A stretch of DNA of 64,000 bases. Source: an uncultured Acidimicrobiia bacterium. GTDB taxonomy: Bacteria > Acidobacteriota > Terriglobia > Versatilivoradales > Versatilivoraceae. The translations under genes were made by a program, and so were the position numbers. Where the stretch lies: NCBI GenBank assembly GCA_963752385.1, contig CAVVYL010000065.1, positions 274,571 to 338,570 of the forward strand, given 5' to 3'. The stretch's first letter is position 1. Each line of letters begins with the position of its first letter. The notes beneath the pieces were generated by a model. It was not told the origin of the DNA. It did no database searches and was given only the letters and a program-made list of their open reading frames with translations. Below are positions 61,595 through 64,000 of the stretch, in pieces.

Positions 61595-61939
61595 TCGCTG
61601 AGACTATATCCGTTGCGGATATATGTCAAGCGGATATATCGTTAAAACTATAAAACCAAAGCAAACCGACTTGAGGAAGGTTCAATCGTTCTGGTGCGAG
61701 GCAGCAGAACGCAGATGATGGCGACAATGTACCCGCCGATCGCCATAACTTGAAAGCCTACGCACATATGTGGCATCACGCCCTCAGGTTCAGCCGCTCG
61801 CGCCTTTGCGAGTCGGCTGCGACCTATTGGTTAAGCTGCAGCTTGACAGGGATGCCTCGATGTGAAGCGACGTGGGTCGGGGCGACGTCGAGCTGCCCAA
61901 CCTGTTGATCAAGGTTTCTCCCCGGACTGCCGTCCATCC

Positions 61940-63518
61940 TTACGGCAGAGCCGGCTGGTGCGTCGCCCACCACTCCCGCGCCCGTTCCTGGGTCCAGGCG
62001 CTCGCGCCTTCCACCTCGGCCAGCCGAAGCGACAGCTCTCTGGCGGACTGCGGTCGATTCGCGGGGTCCTTGGCCAGACAGGATAGCACGAGGTCATCGA
62101 GTGCCCTGGGGATCGGCAGGTCCGTCCGGGCTGATGGAGGCGTGGGCGGAGTCTGGGCGTGATGCAGGAGCAGCCCCATGGGGGTCTCGGCGGTGAACAC
62201 GAGTTGCCCGGTCAGGAGCCAGTAGGCGACACAGCCGGTCGCATAAATGTCGGCGCGCCCGTCCAAATCGGTCTCCCATCGCCTGCTCGGGCGCAATGAA
62301 CGCCGGCGTACCATGGACCGCGTTCTCCCGCGTGTGCACCGGGCTCGTGTCCGCGGGGTCGCGGACTGCCCCCACAATTCCGAAATCCAGCACCTTCACG
62401 AAGTCGTACTCCTCGCCGTACCGGCAGAGGAAGATGTTCGCGGGTTTGATGTCGCGATGAACCAGGCCGCAGGACTGGGCCTCGGACAGCGAGTGACAGA
62501 CCTGGCGAAGCAGGTAGATGGCCCGTTCGGGCGGGGTCGGCCCGAAGCGCCGAAGCAGCGAGTCGGCATCGAGGCCATCGAGCAGCTCCATGACGTAGTA
62601 GAAGGCGCCGTCGGCGGCGATCCCGAAATCGAAGAGCTCCACGGTATGGGGTGAGCGGAGACGGGCGATCACCTGCGCTTCGCGCTCGAATCGGCGGGCC
62701 GCCTCCTCCGACACTCCGGCACGCGCATTCCCGGCGAAGGAGGGCCGAATCAGCTTGATGGCGGCAGGCCTTGCCAGCATGCGATGCCGGGCTCGCCAGA
62801 CCTCGCCCATCCCTCCCTCGCCGAGCTTCTCCTCCAGGCGGTAGCTCCCCAGCTCGCGCGCGCGCTTGACCTCGGTGCCCAGATGGTAGACCACGCGGGC
62901 TCCGACATAGGCCATGCCCACCACGAGGAGATATGGGAACACGAGACCGAAGAAGAACTGTGCCGGATCTATCCGGAACGAAGTGGCGCCGGACGCCATC
63001 ACGAGCCCGATGACGACGGCGACCGAGCTGACCGATGCCAGGGCGGCCACCACCGCGCGGCGCGGGGAGGTCGGCACGACGACCGTGAACAGCACGACCC
63101 AGACGGCGACCCAGGAGAGCCCCAAGCAGCCCCGGTGCGTCTCGAGGTGCATGGGATCGGCGAACTCGGCCGCGGCGATGGCGTAGCTGCTGACGATCTC
63201 GAATGCCAGACCGAGGTTCATCGCCGTGGGAAGCGGAACGCGCGGGCTCCGGATCACCGCCGCGACGAGCACCGCCACCACGATCCCGATGACGCCGGGA
63301 CCCCACTGCACGAAGCTGCCGAGGAATCGGGCCCGATCGCCCGGGAACAGCAGCGCCGGAAAGATTCCGGCCATGAAGAAGACGAACGCGTACAGCAGGG
63401 CGAGGACGCGGAGGCGTCCGGCAGACTGGCGGAGCAGATCGACCGGGAATCCCGACGAGATCCCTCGAGCGGTCGGGTCACCCGCGTCGGGGGGCATGAG
63501 AGTGACGTGCTCGTGCAT
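61940..63518 (-). CDS. Ser/Thr protein kinase with N-terminal polytopic membrane domain (frame change near 62270-62300)
   Basis: Kinase motifs GEGGMGEVWRA, AIK, HRDIKPANIFL, DFGI and GTPAFIAPEQ. The C-lobe DLDGRADIYATGCVAYWLLTG... continues in ORF 61940-62377. Confidence 0.75.
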
Positions 63519-64000
63519 GCCGAGGCTCCAAACGGTACGGGCAAAATGTCTTGCCGTTTACCTCGTGGGCAATGGCGGTCGTCGCTTCGCTGGGACACTC
63601 TGCTCACCCTCTGACCGACGCAGCACGCTGCGGGTGAGCCGGAGCCGCTTCGAGCCGTTATGCCCTTGCGGTTGGTGCCGCACTGCGGCCGACTGCCAAC
63701 CTCAGAACATAGTCAAAGTGCCTTATGCCAACCCAGGCGAGCCTTCCCACCTCACTGACCGACTGGACGACCTCCATCGCGAACTGCCAGACAAGCGGCC
63801 TGGCCATCTTTGTGTCTTGCCGGGCCGAGTAACGGGTAACCACCGAGCAAGCAACGAAGAGGAATGCTGCCTTGACGGGCGCTTTGCCTTGCCGCTCTGT
63901 TGGTCTCTCCTGACTGGCCTAACGCCTAGATAACCTGTGGTTTTGCGAAGCAAAAGCATCAGGTTGATCTAGATGTTAGGCGGCCCGGACTCAGCTTTTC

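Noticed and set aside
62212-63306. 364-aa minus ORF in an alternative frame of the Ser/Thr kinase region
   Set aside because: Arg/Gly/Pro-rich shadow frame. Kinase motifs are in the other frame.
1-64000. CRISPR arrays, rRNA or tRNA genes
   Set aside because: No regularly spaced short direct repeats and no rRNA-like conserved blocks. No tRNA-like T-arm (GGTTCGA.TCC) sequences were seen on either strand.

Overview
This is about 64 kb of GC-rich bacterial chromosome (roughly 60% GC by eye), probably Acidobacteriota-like. That guess rests on an SBBP-repeat protein with the typical N-terminal PLSFEVNHGQ box, a gene of tandem carboxypeptidase-regulatory-like domains, and several sigma-54 (NtrC-type) regulators. 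The window has five blocks.

(1) 1-12.3 kb: an amino-acid / short-chain-acid fermentation module on the minus strand, headed by a sigma-54 two-component pair. It holds leucine/valine-type amino-acid dehydrogenase, acetate kinase, 3-hydroxybutyryl-CoA dehydrogenase, a four-subunit-type 2-oxoacid:ferredoxin oxidoreductase, a CoA-transferase and a universal stress protein.

(2) 12.9-18.3 kb: a CPBP protease, a CDF metal exporter and a P-type ATPase.

(3) 18.5-28.2 kb: a nitrosative-stress island. It holds a radical SAM/SPASM protein, two RIC/YtfE paralogs, a hemerythrin, a Crp/Fnr regulator and an NnrS membrane protein with DUF1858-like domains at both ends. A conserved TGTGA-N6-TCATA operator sits upstream of two of these genes. 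The island also contains two about 250-bp direct repeats, each with a sigma-54-type promoter and a 5' fragment of a PFOR/nifJ-like gene.

(4) 30.6-42.0 kb: an approximately 11-kb Hyf-like, group-4 hydrogenase-related membrane complex. Its NuoCD/HycE-like catalytic subunit has every Ni-Fe-ligating cysteine replaced, so it resembles an Ehr/complex-I-like module rather than a hydrogenase. The ferredoxin and small subunits are fused, the HyfB/NuoL-like antiporter subunit is duplicated, and a SAM-methyltransferase-like gene is embedded in the operon. It is flanked by ArsR and a second sigma-54 two-component system.

(5) 45.8-64 kb: a gene-sparse, fragment-rich accessory region holding TolC, PQQ-dehydrogenase, VOC, SDR and transposase remnants. 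Its intact genes are a K+ channel, a secreted nucleoside hydrolase, PadR and a Ser/Thr kinase, and the last 2.3 kb are noticeably more GC-rich.

One caveat runs through the whole window. More than 20 otherwise well-conserved genes are split by single frame changes. The clearest case is a T8 homopolymer inside PadR. This points to indel errors in the assembly, or alternatively to extensive pseudogenisation. No rRNA, tRNA or CRISPR array was recognised.
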